From NCBI GenBank assembly GCA_028534125.1, contig CM052818.1:35404001-35468000 (forward strand): DNA of 64,000 bases, read 5' to 3'. The DNA is from Lama glama. Its lineage: Eukaryota. Numbering within the stretch: position 1 is the stretch's first letter; the number at the start of each line of letters is the position of its first letter. Shown here piece after piece: positions 1 through 47,570 of this stretch. The notes under the pieces are model-generated. The model was not told the origin of the DNA, searched no databases, and was given only the letters and a program-made list of their open reading frames with translations. The translations under genes and the position numbers were made by a program.

Positions 1-1584
1 GTGAATCAAGAAGACCTAAAGGAAGCTCAAAGGAAGAGACAAAGTCCGGTGAGACATACCTTAAAAGGCCTGTCGCGTACACAGCGTTGGCGAGTATGCA
101 CCCCCGCTTCCTCCCTGCCCGCGGGGTCCACACCTCCCTGCCGCCCACCCTGCAGCTGCTGGCCCTGCCTTCCCCGACCCCACTCCGGGGCTCCAGGTCG
201 CCAAAACCCAGTGCAGAGCCCCAGGTGAGAGAGGAGAAAGAAACATCCTCTCTGGGGGCTGAGGATTCAGAGACCTTCAGTGCTGTGGCTGGTTTCCGCC
301 TCAGAGCCAGGAGATGCAGGAGGGGCTGTTTTTTCCGTTCTGGGCTCTTTGTCTCCCCCTCACACCCCCACCCCCACCCCCAAAGCTACCCTGAGCCAGC
401 CTTAGTGACCTTCCTGCTTTGGGCCCAAGCTCAGTACTCTTGGCTTCAGACAAAAGAGTTCTGGGGCCCAGGTGAAAGGAGGTTCACCCACCCTGTCCTC
501 CAACAGAAAGCTTGAAGGTCTAATTAACCCAACCCACAGGCCAGGCCAGGGCTGTGCTGGGCCTGGGAGGGGCATCCAAGAGATGAGGACCCTGAGATGC
601 AGAGGACCCTGGTAGGAGCGCGGGAGCGTTCTGGAATGTGACTGCCCTCCTGCTTGGGGCTTGGAGAAGGATGGAGAGCTCAGGCCCCCTTTAAAGGCAG
701 TACTGCTGGGGCTCAGCCCCCAGGGGAGCCTTCCCTTCCAGGAACTGGAATCAGGGCCCATTAAGGAGCTATTGGGAGAAGGAGCAGGGAGATGCTGTCT
801 TAGGGAAGGGGAACAAAACTCACTATATGCCAAGCCCTGCTCTGGGCACTTAATGTTCTCAGTAACCTTAAGATTTTAGAAGGGTTATCTACGTTGAGTC
901 AGTGAGGAAAAGGCCAGGGGAAGTTACCCAGGACACATGGAGATGGCTGGAATCCAAGTCTTCTAGGATAAAGGCTGAACTCAGGGACCTGAGAATGGGG
1001 TGCAGAGGCAGATAATTCATGCTAGAACCACAGCTCCAGCAGCACTTTAGACACCATCTCCAGCATCTTTATTTTCGAGATGAGGAGACAGTCTCCTGGA
1101 AACGAAGTTGTTTCAGCAGTCCTACTCCAGTCGCCTAGTGCCCCACCGCCCCCCAGAGCATCTTGGCCACACCCCACACATAGAAGGCAGCGCTCCCTTC
1201 CAGGGCTGGGAGGGCTGTGCAGTCTGGCCCCTCCTCTGGGAAGGGGGTTCTGTTCACTGGGAGCAGCCGAGAGAGGCTATGTCTAGACCTCCTTCTGTGT
1301 GGCTGAGGCACTCAGTGGGCCAGCAACCACAGCCTTGGCTTTTCTGTTCTTTCGGATTCGGGCCTCCAACCCTGCCCTCGTCCTGTCTCTGCCCTGGCTG
1401 TGCTCTTGAGTGCTCAGGGCCAACATGGTGTCTGGCGTGCGGTGGGCCATCAGGTTTGACTCAGGGACAGCTCAAAACAGTTGGAGAAGCCCTGTCCCTG
1501 AGACAGGGAGCCCAGGCACCAGGCGAGGCCCCCGAGCCATCCCTGTAACTCTGCGACGGTCCCTTTGTTCTTCCCTCTCCACAG

Positions 1585-36810
<35,226 letters not shown>

Positions 36811-38086
36811 GGGACATGAGGGCAAACCGAGGTAGTGACACAAAGCTAAACAAACAAACAAAAAAACAAAACACAGCAAAACACATGAGGATGGAGAGAA
36901 GTATCAGCACCCAGAAGAGAAAAAGGAATTTAAAACAACAAAAAAACCCAGAGGCGGATATTCCGGAGGGCTTTGCCTTGCAAAAAGGGTTGGACATCAT
37001 CTCCTGATTTTTCAATGTTAATCTTCAGTCCTATTTAAAAACAAAACCATGCTCCCCCCTCACCCTCCCCACCCCCTTTTTTTCGGTCAAACCTTTTGTT
37101 TTCTACTCTTTTCAGAGGGGTTTTCTGTTTGTTTGGGTTTTTGTTTCTTGCTGTGACTGAAACAAGAGGGTTTATTGCAGCAAAAAAAAAAAAATCAGTA
37201 ACAAACAATAGTAACCATACCTTGCAGAGGAAAGATGGGAGAGAAGGAAAAAAGGAAATTCTATAGAAATCTATATATTGGATTTTTTTTTTTTTTTTTT
37301 TTTTTTACTATATATCTTTTTTTGTTGTTGTCTCTAGCCTGATCAGATAGGAGCACAAACAGGGGACAGAATATAGACACTCAGGCGGCAGAGTTCCCTC
37401 CCAGCCACTGAGCTGTCTTGCCAGCACCATTCCTGGTCATGCAAAACACAACCCAGCTAGCAGCAGAGAGACGAGAACACCACACAAGACCCTTTTATAC
37501 AGTATTCAGGTGCCTACCACACAGGAAACCTTGAAGAAAATCAGTTTCTAGAAGCCGCTGTTACCTCTTGTTTACAGTTTATATATATATGATAGATATG
37601 AGATATATATATAAAAGGTACTGTTAACTACTGTACAACCCGACTTCATAATGGTGCTTTACAACAGCGAGATGAGTAAAAACATCAGCTTCCACGTTGC
37701 CTTATGTGCAAAGGGTTTTAACCAAGGATGGAGAAAGGGAGACAGCTTGGAGGTGAATGGTGACCATGGTGGAGTATTTTTTTCCCCTTGGTGTTTAACC
37801 AGGTGAAGGAGGAGAATTTGGGAAGAGCGTGCTCCCGCTTCTCCCTGCCAAAAAAGGGGGTGAGATTCGGTGGTTGGGACCGTGGAAAGCTGAGAGTGGG
37901 GTCCATCCAGGCTCACGCAATAACCTTTTGATTTTTTTTCGAAAAGGAGACTCCCTCGGCAAGATGGCAGGATGAGGGGTCTTCATTCCCAATTTCTCAC
38001 ATTAGCCGATTTGAGGGCTCCTTGCGGTGGGATCAGAAAAAAATCCAGAGTGCGGGCAAGTGACAGTTCAAACCCCACCTGGAGCA

Positions 38087-38092
38087 AATAAA
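38087..38092 (+). terminator. Proximal polyadenylation signal AATAAA
   Basis: ggagcaAATAAAaaaacatac followed by GT/T-rich ctttttgtgtgttctttt at ~38133-38150. Confidence 0.75.
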
Positions 38093-41000
38093 AAAACATA
38101 CAAAACGTACTGGTGCTTTCCTGTCTAAGTCGCTTTTTGTGTGTTCTTTTATGAGGCCCCCACCATCCACCCTCTGTGCACAAGGCGGCTTCCGGCCCCT
38201 GGAACATGATGTTTTTGGTCATCTCCACAGGCTGCAGTTTTATACTGGGAGGCTGATGACACCTTTTGTTATAATTATTCTTATGGTTCTGGTTATAATT
38301 ATGTTTGTTTTCAGATTTTCTTTAAGAAAACAAAAACCCAACCCCCCCTCCCTTTAGGTTTCAAACCAAGGTGCGGGGAGCAGGGTGCTTCTAAGTTAGT
38401 GGTGGCCCTGGTGCCCTGGCTCCCCACCCCTCGGGCCAGGTGGGCCACCGGGCGCAGCGGACAGCTGGAGTCCCCAAGGCCGGCCTTCCGGACGCGTCCC
38501 TCTTCTCTTCTGCTTCCCTCCTCTCGAGTCACGTGTGTCAGGGCTAGAGGGAGGACCAGGCCGTCTCTCTCCTCGTGTGTGTGATTGGAGTGGTGTGTAT
38601 TTCTTTTCTAGTACTTGGTCTGATGATAGCTGTGCTCTTACCTCGAGTCAGCAGCACCTGGAGCCCCAAGTGCACGACACTTGGTTCCGCTTCCCACTGA
38701 GGCAGGCAGCCTGACGTTGGCGGTAGGCAAGGGCAGCGTGGGTGGCTCCAGGGTGAGGGCCCAACGGGCAGATGCCTGCCTGGATAGATGGGGTGTAGAT
38801 ATGTGGCATATAGAGATATATATTTTATAATGGGAGGGGGGAATGGCACCTCCTGGGACTGGCAGGGCTGGGAGGTGTGCTGTCAAGCACATGGTCCCAC
38901 GTTCGCATCCCTAGAAAGATAGGGCCTATGGTGATAGGCACTATATAAATACATAGATAGGGTTATGTATAAGAAATATTATGGAGTGGGGAGCGGGGGA
39001 AGGAGGCTCAGAATGCTGAGTCTTGGACCCCACCGCAGACAAGCCCCACACCAATCAATCAATCCCACACGCACACACAGGAACATGTTTCTCTACGATG
39101 CATAACAGATGCGTGTGCGCGCACACACACATACACGCACACACACACGCACACATACACAGACACAGCCAGGGAGCTCCCAGCGCTATTCTCCCCAGGA
39201 TCCAGGACTTTGCGGAGTCGGCCCTGCAGCTCTTTACCTCTGTTGCCCTGATTGCAGGTAGACTGTCAATCCCAGAAGTTGCTAGGTGCTGAAGGCAGGA
39301 AAAGGAGGAGGTTTTCTTTTAGCAGGTGCTCTCCTCTAGCAGGTAGCGTTCTATCTCTTTTGCCCCTGGTGATGTCACAAGATTCTTCTGTTAGCAACCT
39401 GTGACACTGACCTGCAACCCTAGGCACCGTCAAGTCCGCCCTCGACTCCCCCTACCTATTCTCCCCCGACCAAAATGAAATTGACGTCCAGGGCTGTCTT
39501 GGCTAGGGGGCTTCCATTGGAAAAAGAAATGGGACAGTGAACCTCACCTTTTGAATAAATCAAATTGGTAATTGTGACAAAACTAAACCAAGCTTTGAAT
39601 CCCTTGCTCATTGCTCAGGAATAAGTTCACAACTGGTGGCCATGGTCTCCTGCTCCTGTTAAGGGGGCTTAGTCCCAGACCCCAAGCTTCTCATTTCCTT
39701 GTCAGATTGGTTTTTAAGATCATACCCAGTTGCTTCCTGCCAGCTCCGTGCTGTGATGTCAGGTGGTGCCGGTGGGCCCCCCAGGGTTGGAGCAGCTTGG
39801 GGGATCCCTCTACCCCTCCCTTGTTGGAGTCTGTACCTAATTGTGGTGCTCGCCCTGCCCCCTCCTCCAGCCCAGCTCCATCTTCCTGGGGAGCCCACTG
39901 GCACCACTCTAGGAGGGCTGGGGGAGGAGGGCTGCCACAGGCAGTCCAAGGTGCTCCCTCCCCTGCCGGCCAGCGCTAAGGTCTTCCCAGCCCCAGTGTC
40001 AGGACAGAGCCTCTTCCTCTGCAAACAGACCTCCCAGCTCTTCTGGCTCTCCTAGGCCTTTGTCCACTGCATGTGTGCAGGAGTTTGTCTTTCCCCATGG
40101 CCCAAGCTCCACCCAGGGGTTGGTGTGGGGAAGAAACTTGGTAGCCAAGGATGTGGTAAGCCTGAGGGGTCAGTGTGGGTCTGCCAGCTTGCTCAGAGGA
40201 GGCCTGGTTGTTGGCGACTAACACATGTTCCTCCAGGTCCAGCAACCTGACTAGGCCCCAGAACAGGCCAGATGCACCCTCGGAGGGATGAGAGTTAACA
40301 ATCACCAGCTTTTCCTCCAGCCACACCCGTGGGCTTGGTCCCACAGTGGAACTTGGTAGGGTGCAGGGGGCCTCGGGAATGTGCCAGCGTGGTCATGCTG
40401 GGGTGTTCTTAATCTACTTCCAACCCTGGGGGGCTTCTGGGGACAGGAATCTGGTCACCTAAAAGGGAGCTGTGCTTCGACAGGCTGAGGCAAGATCGTG
40501 CTAAGGTTCAGGTGGAGGATTCTGCGTGTGAGGCTGAAGGTAGAGGCAGTAGGGCGGGAGAAACCAAGAAGGCCTAGGGAAAAATCTGGAGTGTGTTCCC
40601 AGTGGGGTGTTCTTTCTAAAGAGCAGGCCCATTTACAAATCCCTGAGAATGAGGGCCTGAGGATGATGCCCCCATCTGCCTACAGGTGCCAAGTGGAGTT
40701 CGGTGCCAAAGAGATCTGTGGCTCTTGTCTGGGGGAGGTAGCCGGGGGCTCAGGTGGGATGCACAGCCCTGGGTCACCTGCCCGAGGAGGAAGCTAGTCT
40801 CCAGCTGGCTGGTGCTGATCCCCTTCCCCAGCGAATGACTGAAGAGCAGTAGGCTGGGAGGCAGCGGGTGATGACGGTCTTGCAGTTGGTGGATGACAGC
40901 CTGGGTGTGCACTGTCCGCTTTTCTTTCTAGACCCCAGTACCTTCCTGCTATTGAACGTTCTACTAGGAAGCAAACTTCCCAAAAGAGCATCCAGGACTG

Positions 41001-43081
41001 CTTAGCTTTTGAGACAGTCCTGGGAGTGGCTGGCTGGCAAAGGTGCCTGTGTGAGTTTTTGGTGAGTCACTAGGGTGCAGATTGGGACAGGCAGACCCGG
41101 CAGGGAGGTGGGCTGGTGGACACTGAACTTGTCTAATGAGGACCAGCTCCCCATACTTGCCACTTAGCCGGCAATTCTGGGGACGTCTAGATGGGGATAA
41201 CTCACCATATCCAGCGTGGGAAGGTCTGTAACAGGAGCAAGGGAGGGACCATCTCAGCAGAGCCATCTGGGGAAGGTTCTTTGGGAAAACTGCCATGGGT
41301 AGCCTTCATCTCTCTGATGATACAAGTATATATAAAGTGGGTCTCAAAGGCAGTTTTGAATTCCTGTTGCTGCTCCGCTTTGTGCAGAGATGCTGTGGCA
41401 CTGGTGTCGTTCAGAGGTGTCGTTTTCAGGAAGCTTGTAGGGTTAGGGCCATGGGGCCTGCCTGGCACCATGAGGGCTGGTCGTTTCCTGTGGTCAAAGT
41501 AGCAGCCGAGCCAAGGTGCTGGTCAGAACTGGGTTTCTAGCCAGGCCCCGTTTCGATCCCAGGAGGGGAGGAATCTGAACTGGTCATCAGGTGTGGTCTC
41601 GTCTGGACCTGTCCAGCACTTGTGATTAGAGGTGACACTGGAGTTGTCCTGCCCTCTGGCAGGAGGCAGCTGAAGCCTTTCTTCCACCTCTGGAGGGATG
41701 GCGTGGAGCTGGGATGGCCTTCCCGGCCGTTCCCTGCTGAGACAGGGACTAACCGCGAGTGTTTGGAGGAAAGGATAGATTTCTATCAAGGATGGACTCC
41801 GCCGTTCTAGCAGAAGCTCTCAAATCTTTACGTTTTGGTAAAGGAAGGCTGGGGTCTTCGGGAAGTGAGGGCAGCCCCTCCTGTCCCTGTTTCAGAGATC
41901 CACCCAGCTGAGTGGGGCTGTGGTTAGTGACCACCTGCTCACCGCTGACCCTTGGCAGTAGCGTTTGGGGAGAGGGAGAAACAAGCAGGTCAAAAGCAGG
42001 GAGGACAAGGATGGAAGGTCCCTTGGCTAGTGACCGGCTAAATTGCCCAGACGGATGCCCGCAGACTCCTGTAACTCCAGTAACTGGAAAACTCCCCCAA
42101 TCTCTCCCCCGCAAGGGACGTGGGAGGGCGGCTTCCTCAACCTCCAGTCTCTGGCCTCCAGCCCCGGCCTGAGGACATGAGCAGGGATCCGAAAGCATCA
42201 CCCGAGTCCCATTTCACTTCACAGACTGATTTGGTTGCACAGCCCTAGAATCCAACCAACCACAAAAATGCCGAAATTCCTTAGAATACGCAGAGGGAGG
42301 AGGTGACTCAACAAGGTGCTAAAACATTTTATTAAAAATATATATTGTTAAATTAAGTCTGCTGTCTGGACAATGACTGTTTGTTTTGTTTTCTTGTAGT
42401 GGAGTTTAAAAGAGACTATTATTTTACTCTGATATATTATTATTAAAAAGGCATTTTAACTTTGTACTTGAAAACTAAATGAGCGATTTCATGTGTTTTA
42501 GCTGAGGCATTGAAGTAGCGGGTGCTTACTTATTTGTGGGAAATCATGTATTCATACTGAAGAATAAACTCCGTAGCTGATTTGGTAATAACTTTTACTG
42601 TTACAGACGATTTCGCTTTGACCCCGGCGGGAGAACACTTTTACTGCACATTCCACGCAGCTAAATGCAGGACTTACTCCCCGGACCCTTCCCTCCCCAG
42701 CCCTCTTTCCTTTCTCTTCAGTTCCTCTTCTCTTTGTTGTTGCTGGGTTGTTTTTTTTGTTTGTTTTTTTTTTTTCCTTCCTGGTTCCAGCATCCTTTCA
42801 CCACTGTATTTTTTTTTAGGGTTGCTTCTCTATTTATTGACAATAATAATGTACATTTCACAGTCTGGTTCTGGGACATCAGGGAGGGGCGTGTGCGAGA
42901 GGGCCCTGCGCGGGTCCCCACCCCTGTGCCCCGGTGTTCTGTTGTATCTCTGTGTAAGTGATGCTTGTGACATAGCTGTTTATGAAATAATTATAAAGAG
43001 GTCAATGCGTACAGCAGATGTAGAAAGTCTGTCAGTTCCGCCTTCATCACATTTTTTTTTTTTTTGTGCCCAGAAGAATAT

Positions 43082-43129
43082 AATAAAGCTCCTTTCTAAT
43101 GTACTTGTGCTGGAGAACACTTGAATAAA
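43082..43129 (+). terminator. Distal polyadenylation signals (AATAAA at 43082 and 43124)
   Basis: Two AATAAA at the end of an AU-rich block, with a TGTA element between them and T-rich sequence downstream. Confidence 0.75.
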
Positions 43130-46100
43130 TGGACTGTTTTTGTGCAAAAAGAAAAACGGAAAAAAGCACCGTAATAATGTCCTTTTGTCTTGCGTCTCCT
43201 TTCCCCTGACATGACTGTTTGCAGCCTTCTTCAGAGGGGTTAAGTGCCCAGGTTGGGTCTAGACAACGCAGTTCCTCCCTTAAGACATCACCTGCCTGAA
43301 CATTCAACAGGGACTGTAAAGTGGGATGGTGGTTTGGTTGACTTGAAACTCACAGATCAGTTAGAGTGCGGCAGGGTTGCTGGAAAAGCAGATTCTGTCC
43401 AGGGCTAAGCAAGAGAAACGTACAGACTAGAGCGGAGAGAGGAGAGGGCTGGGTGCCAGTGTCAGACAAGCCAGAGGGCTTTCATTATGGGCACAGTTCC
43501 CCTCTGTAGGGGCAGGTTTCTCCAACACAGAAGGACATCCAGAGGAGAGCAGCAGGGTGGTGGGCAGCCTGGACTGTGCAAGGGACCCAGGCATTTGGCC
43601 GAAAAAAGGGAGACTTGATAGATGTTTGCAGACAGTGACAGGGTGAGCCCAAAGGGCGGGGATGATTCTGGGTAGTTCCGTGTGGCAGGCGGAAGCGGGC
43701 CAGGTGGCAGAAGGTGGCCTGTTTCAGCTCCGCAAAAGGAAGGCCCTTTTCCGCCCCTGACCAGCAGTGCAGGGGCCACCCTGAGGACAGGGGAGCCCTG
43801 GGCAGTTAGAGGCACTGGACAACTACTGCTAACCCTCCTCTGAACCCCGGGTCTGCTGCCTGCTGGCTGACCTGCCCCTCCTCGGTACCATCTTGCAAGT
43901 GGACGGTGCCTTGTGGTTGAAAGAGCCCATTTACACACCACATCCCCTTTGTCCTCGTAATTCTTGGCCAGAAAGTCACTAGTTCCCTGTCCTCCCATCT
44001 AAGAGACTGATCCGAACACAGAAGAGTTGGGCTTTTCCCATCACGTCTCCTCTCTGAGCCCCCCGGCATTCCACGCTACGTTTCCATTTCCTAAGTGCCA
44101 AGCGGGTCCGGCCAATGGTGTTTTATCTTCAGGGAGGGTTATTCAAGGCTTCTTTCGTACGTTAGACTTTGGGGGAGGTTTAGGGCTACATCACTTTGCT
44201 GGCAGCTTTGGAAGAAATTATAAGGGGAAATTTTGAGAAAAAGGAGAAAATAACAGGCTTCTTTTTTTCCCCATGGGCACTTTTAATTTTCTTTACAAAA
44301 TTGTAAATGTATATTTAACTTTTATCCTACTTTTTTCTCAGTACTTTTCAGTGTTGATGTAGAATACTTTTTTAAAAAAATGGCTGCATGGCATTTTCTT
44401 GTTGGATGTTTGTTTCTATATATATGCATTTTATTTTAGCTATAAATAGAGCTGCAATAAATATCTTTATGTGTTGGCTTCCCCCCTATATTTCGTATTT
44501 TTTTCCTTAAGATACATTCCCAGAAATGATACTTACTGGGGCAACGTGGATGAACATTTTGATCGGGTCCTGACGTACTTGCCTGATTTCCTCCCAGAGG
44601 CTGGCAGACTGAACTTCAGCTCTGAGGCTCTCAGTTCAGAAGGAAACAAATGGCATCTTTAGTTTACCAGTTCAGAAATGTGTTCATCTCAGTGGGAAAG
44701 TAAAGACTCAAGACATTTTATGTGTGTGTGAAGCTAGAAATCTGTATCAAGAAGCCAGAGGTAGAAGCAGCACTGGTCCTCGAATTTTGAAAATTAGCTC
44801 ACCTGGAGTGCATACCTGGAGTGAGCCTGGTTGGGGGTAGAATCCAGGCAGAATCTCTGAGACTCTAGCTCCCAGGCTAAGGAGAAATGGGAGGGTGTCT
44901 TTGGTGCCCTCTGGCTCTGAAAGCCAAGGCTGAACACCAAGTGTCATCTGAGCTGGGGGTGGGGGTTCTGGCCGGAGCTTATGGAAGGGAGCTACTGGGG
45001 CCATCTCGTTAATGAAAACTGTCCTGTGAAGTTCCTGGATCTAAACATTTGATGGTGGAGTGGTTGGGAGAGACAGGGAAGAGTCAGGGCTGGGCAGGGG
45101 TCAAGGCGGTAGGGAAATGAGAGGATCCGCAGCCCACTAGGCCTGCCCTGGGGGGTGTGCTCCAGTGGGGAGGAGAAGACACACACCACCGGGCCCAGGC
45201 TTACTGGTTCAGGAGAAACTTCCTTGGCTCAAAAACCTCAGCCCGTGGATTTGGAGTGGAATAGAGGAGGGAGGGCAGGGAGAGGCTGCCTGGGGGCTGG
45301 CTGGTTGTGGAGTCAAAGCTGCATACAGCAGGGCCAGAGGTGCAGGTGTGGGCAGTGGGTATACTTCCTGGGGGTGTGGGTGTTAGGGGAGGGGTTGCAG
45401 TGAGGGGAAGAAAGTATGTGTTGGAGGTGGGGGCACAGGGAAGTCACTTCAAAGGGGACAGGGCTCCCCTAGGACAGTCTCCTGGCATCACCCTCAAAGC
45501 TCCCTTTCTCTTTAGTTCCAGCTAAAGATCACGGCCCACCCATTGCAGTGGTACCTTTTCCTCCCCTCACACATCCTGTGAGGGTGTGCGGCTGGGTTGG
45601 GAAGAAGTGCCTGGGGGTTTGGCAGCCAAATCCTCTGAGAGGTAGGCACCTAAAACAGCGATTTTCAGAGTTGGATTCAAATCTCAGAGAGCAAGACTGC
45701 CAACCCCTCCCCCTCAACCCCAAAGTCCTAGGTGCCCTGAACTGTGTCAGAAAAAGACCACCATTTTAGAACCCGCAGTTCTGGACCCTGTGTGAACTCA
45801 GGCAGGTTAGCTTAAGCTTGGGTATTCCCATTGGAAACCTGGGTTTTGTCTTCTCGTCAAGCCCGTGGCCTCCGGTGCCCCCACCCCCAGCCCAGGTGTG
45901 GGGATAGCAGTGAGCACCAGGGCAGGGAGGGTCCCTGCCTTTGGAGACACGCCACCGCATGGCCCCTCTGAGCCCAGGACTTTAGCCAAAGTTGGTGGAC
46001 TTTGGTTGAGGGAGGGAGCCCAGAGCCTCCAGGAAGCTTTGATCCTGATGGAATCACAAGGCCTGGACTCCTCCCGAGAAAAGGGAAAAAACAGCATTGA

Positions 46101-46599
46101 AAAATATACCCCTAGCTCTCACGTAGTGTCCATCCCTTGCCTGGCCCTGTCTTGGCCCCTGTAACAGCGGTGTGAGCCTTATCCATCACCTAAGTCTTGC
46201 CTGACCCAGGGTGAGGACTTCGTTCTCTCCCTGTCCTTCTCCCCACACCCGCCCCTTTGGACTGTCTCCAGAGGGAGCTGCCCTGCCCTGCTCCACCACC
46301 TCCCTCCACCCGGCTCCAAATCCCACTCTGCCCTCTTCTCCCGCCATGGTTCCCTCTGTCTTCTCCGTTTCTTTAATGGCCCCTCATCCACCTCAAACAC
46401 ACACACACGCTGTCCTCTGCCCCCCATCCAGATGCCCTAATTCTCTGCTCTACTTTACAGCAAACATTGAAAGCACTCCAGCATTTGCCAGCTCTGCTTT
46501 CTCACTCCCTGTTCCCCTCCACCCACTGGCAGCGGTGGTGGGGCCTTCACCCGCCCCAGCAACCCCCACCCCATTCCCCTGACCTGTCAGGAGCTGGAA

Positions 46600-47570
46600 C
46601 CCCTTCTCCCAGGGCTCCTGACATCACACTCCGTGTCTTCCCATCAGACTGAGCCCTTTCCTCTTCCTGTTCTCTGCATATGCGAGGCGTCCGAGGCTCC
46701 CACATCCCCCTTACCTCACCCAATGACTTCTCTCAGGCCCAGGTTCTCATATCCAACTGTCTGCTCAACCCCTTCCCCAACTTGGAGGTTAAACAGGCAC
46801 CTTGAAAGTGACCTGTCAACACTCGGAATTCTTGGTCTCCTCCCAGCTGGCTCCTAGTCTTCTACGTCTTAGTAATGGCACTTAATTGGCTTCAAAACCT
46901 TGGGTCTTCTCCTTTCTTTCACTTCCTACGTCCAAGTCACAGCTTGTTCTAACAGGCCTCACCTTTGACTAGATCCTCTATTCGGCCACCTTTCACTATC
47001 TTACTTCTGCAGCTTTAGCCCAAGTCCCTGTCATCTGTCCCCTAACTGGCCTCTGTCCCCATCATACCACAAGTCTTGTTGCCTCTGATTCTGTCCCTTC
47101 CAGCCTATTCAATACACAGAATGATCTCATTAAAAATCAAACCCTTAAAAAAAGGCCCATCAGTTTTGATTTTGCAACAAGAACAAACCCTTCTCACTCT
47201 GGCCTCCAAAGTTGTCAGCCTCTGATGGCACTCCAGCCACACTGGCCTTCTCTGTGAACATGCCAAGCTCTTTATCATCACAGGGCCTTTGCACAAGCTG
47301 CACCCTCTACTGGGAAAGCTTGATCATCTCCCTCCTTTGTCTGTTTCCCCTCATTCAGGTCTCAGTGCAGAGGCACACTCCCTGACTTCTCTCTATCTCA
47401 AGAAGTCTTGTTCCCACTCCTTCCTATTTTCTTCATTATCTTCATAGCTATCACCCTCTGAAATTCTTACTCATTATTTTGGCTTCCCTATTTATCGTCT
47501 ATCTTCCCCACTATGATGAAAGCTCTGCAAGAGCAGGGACTTGTCCTTGTCTCTGCAGTATCCACAGGGC
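46600..47570 (+). mobile_element. L2 fragment(s) (approximate)
   Basis: ctccagccacactggccttc...cagggcctttgcac...aagctctgcaagagcagggac L2 motifs. Confidence 0.6.

Larger units (their letters stand above)
36811..43150 (+). other. DNMT3A: DNMT3A long 3' UTR (short form ends near 38110)
   Basis: Follows the stop codon with no recognisable interspersed repeats over ~6.3 kb. AU-rich blocks, many miRNA seed matches, and terminal AATAAA signals followed by T/GT-rich sequence. Confidence 0.8.

Noticed and set aside
42582..43124. 180-aa hydrophobic ORF in the distal 3' UTR
   Set aside because: Non-ATG start, and the hydrophobicity comes from T-rich UTR sequence (Phe/Leu codons).
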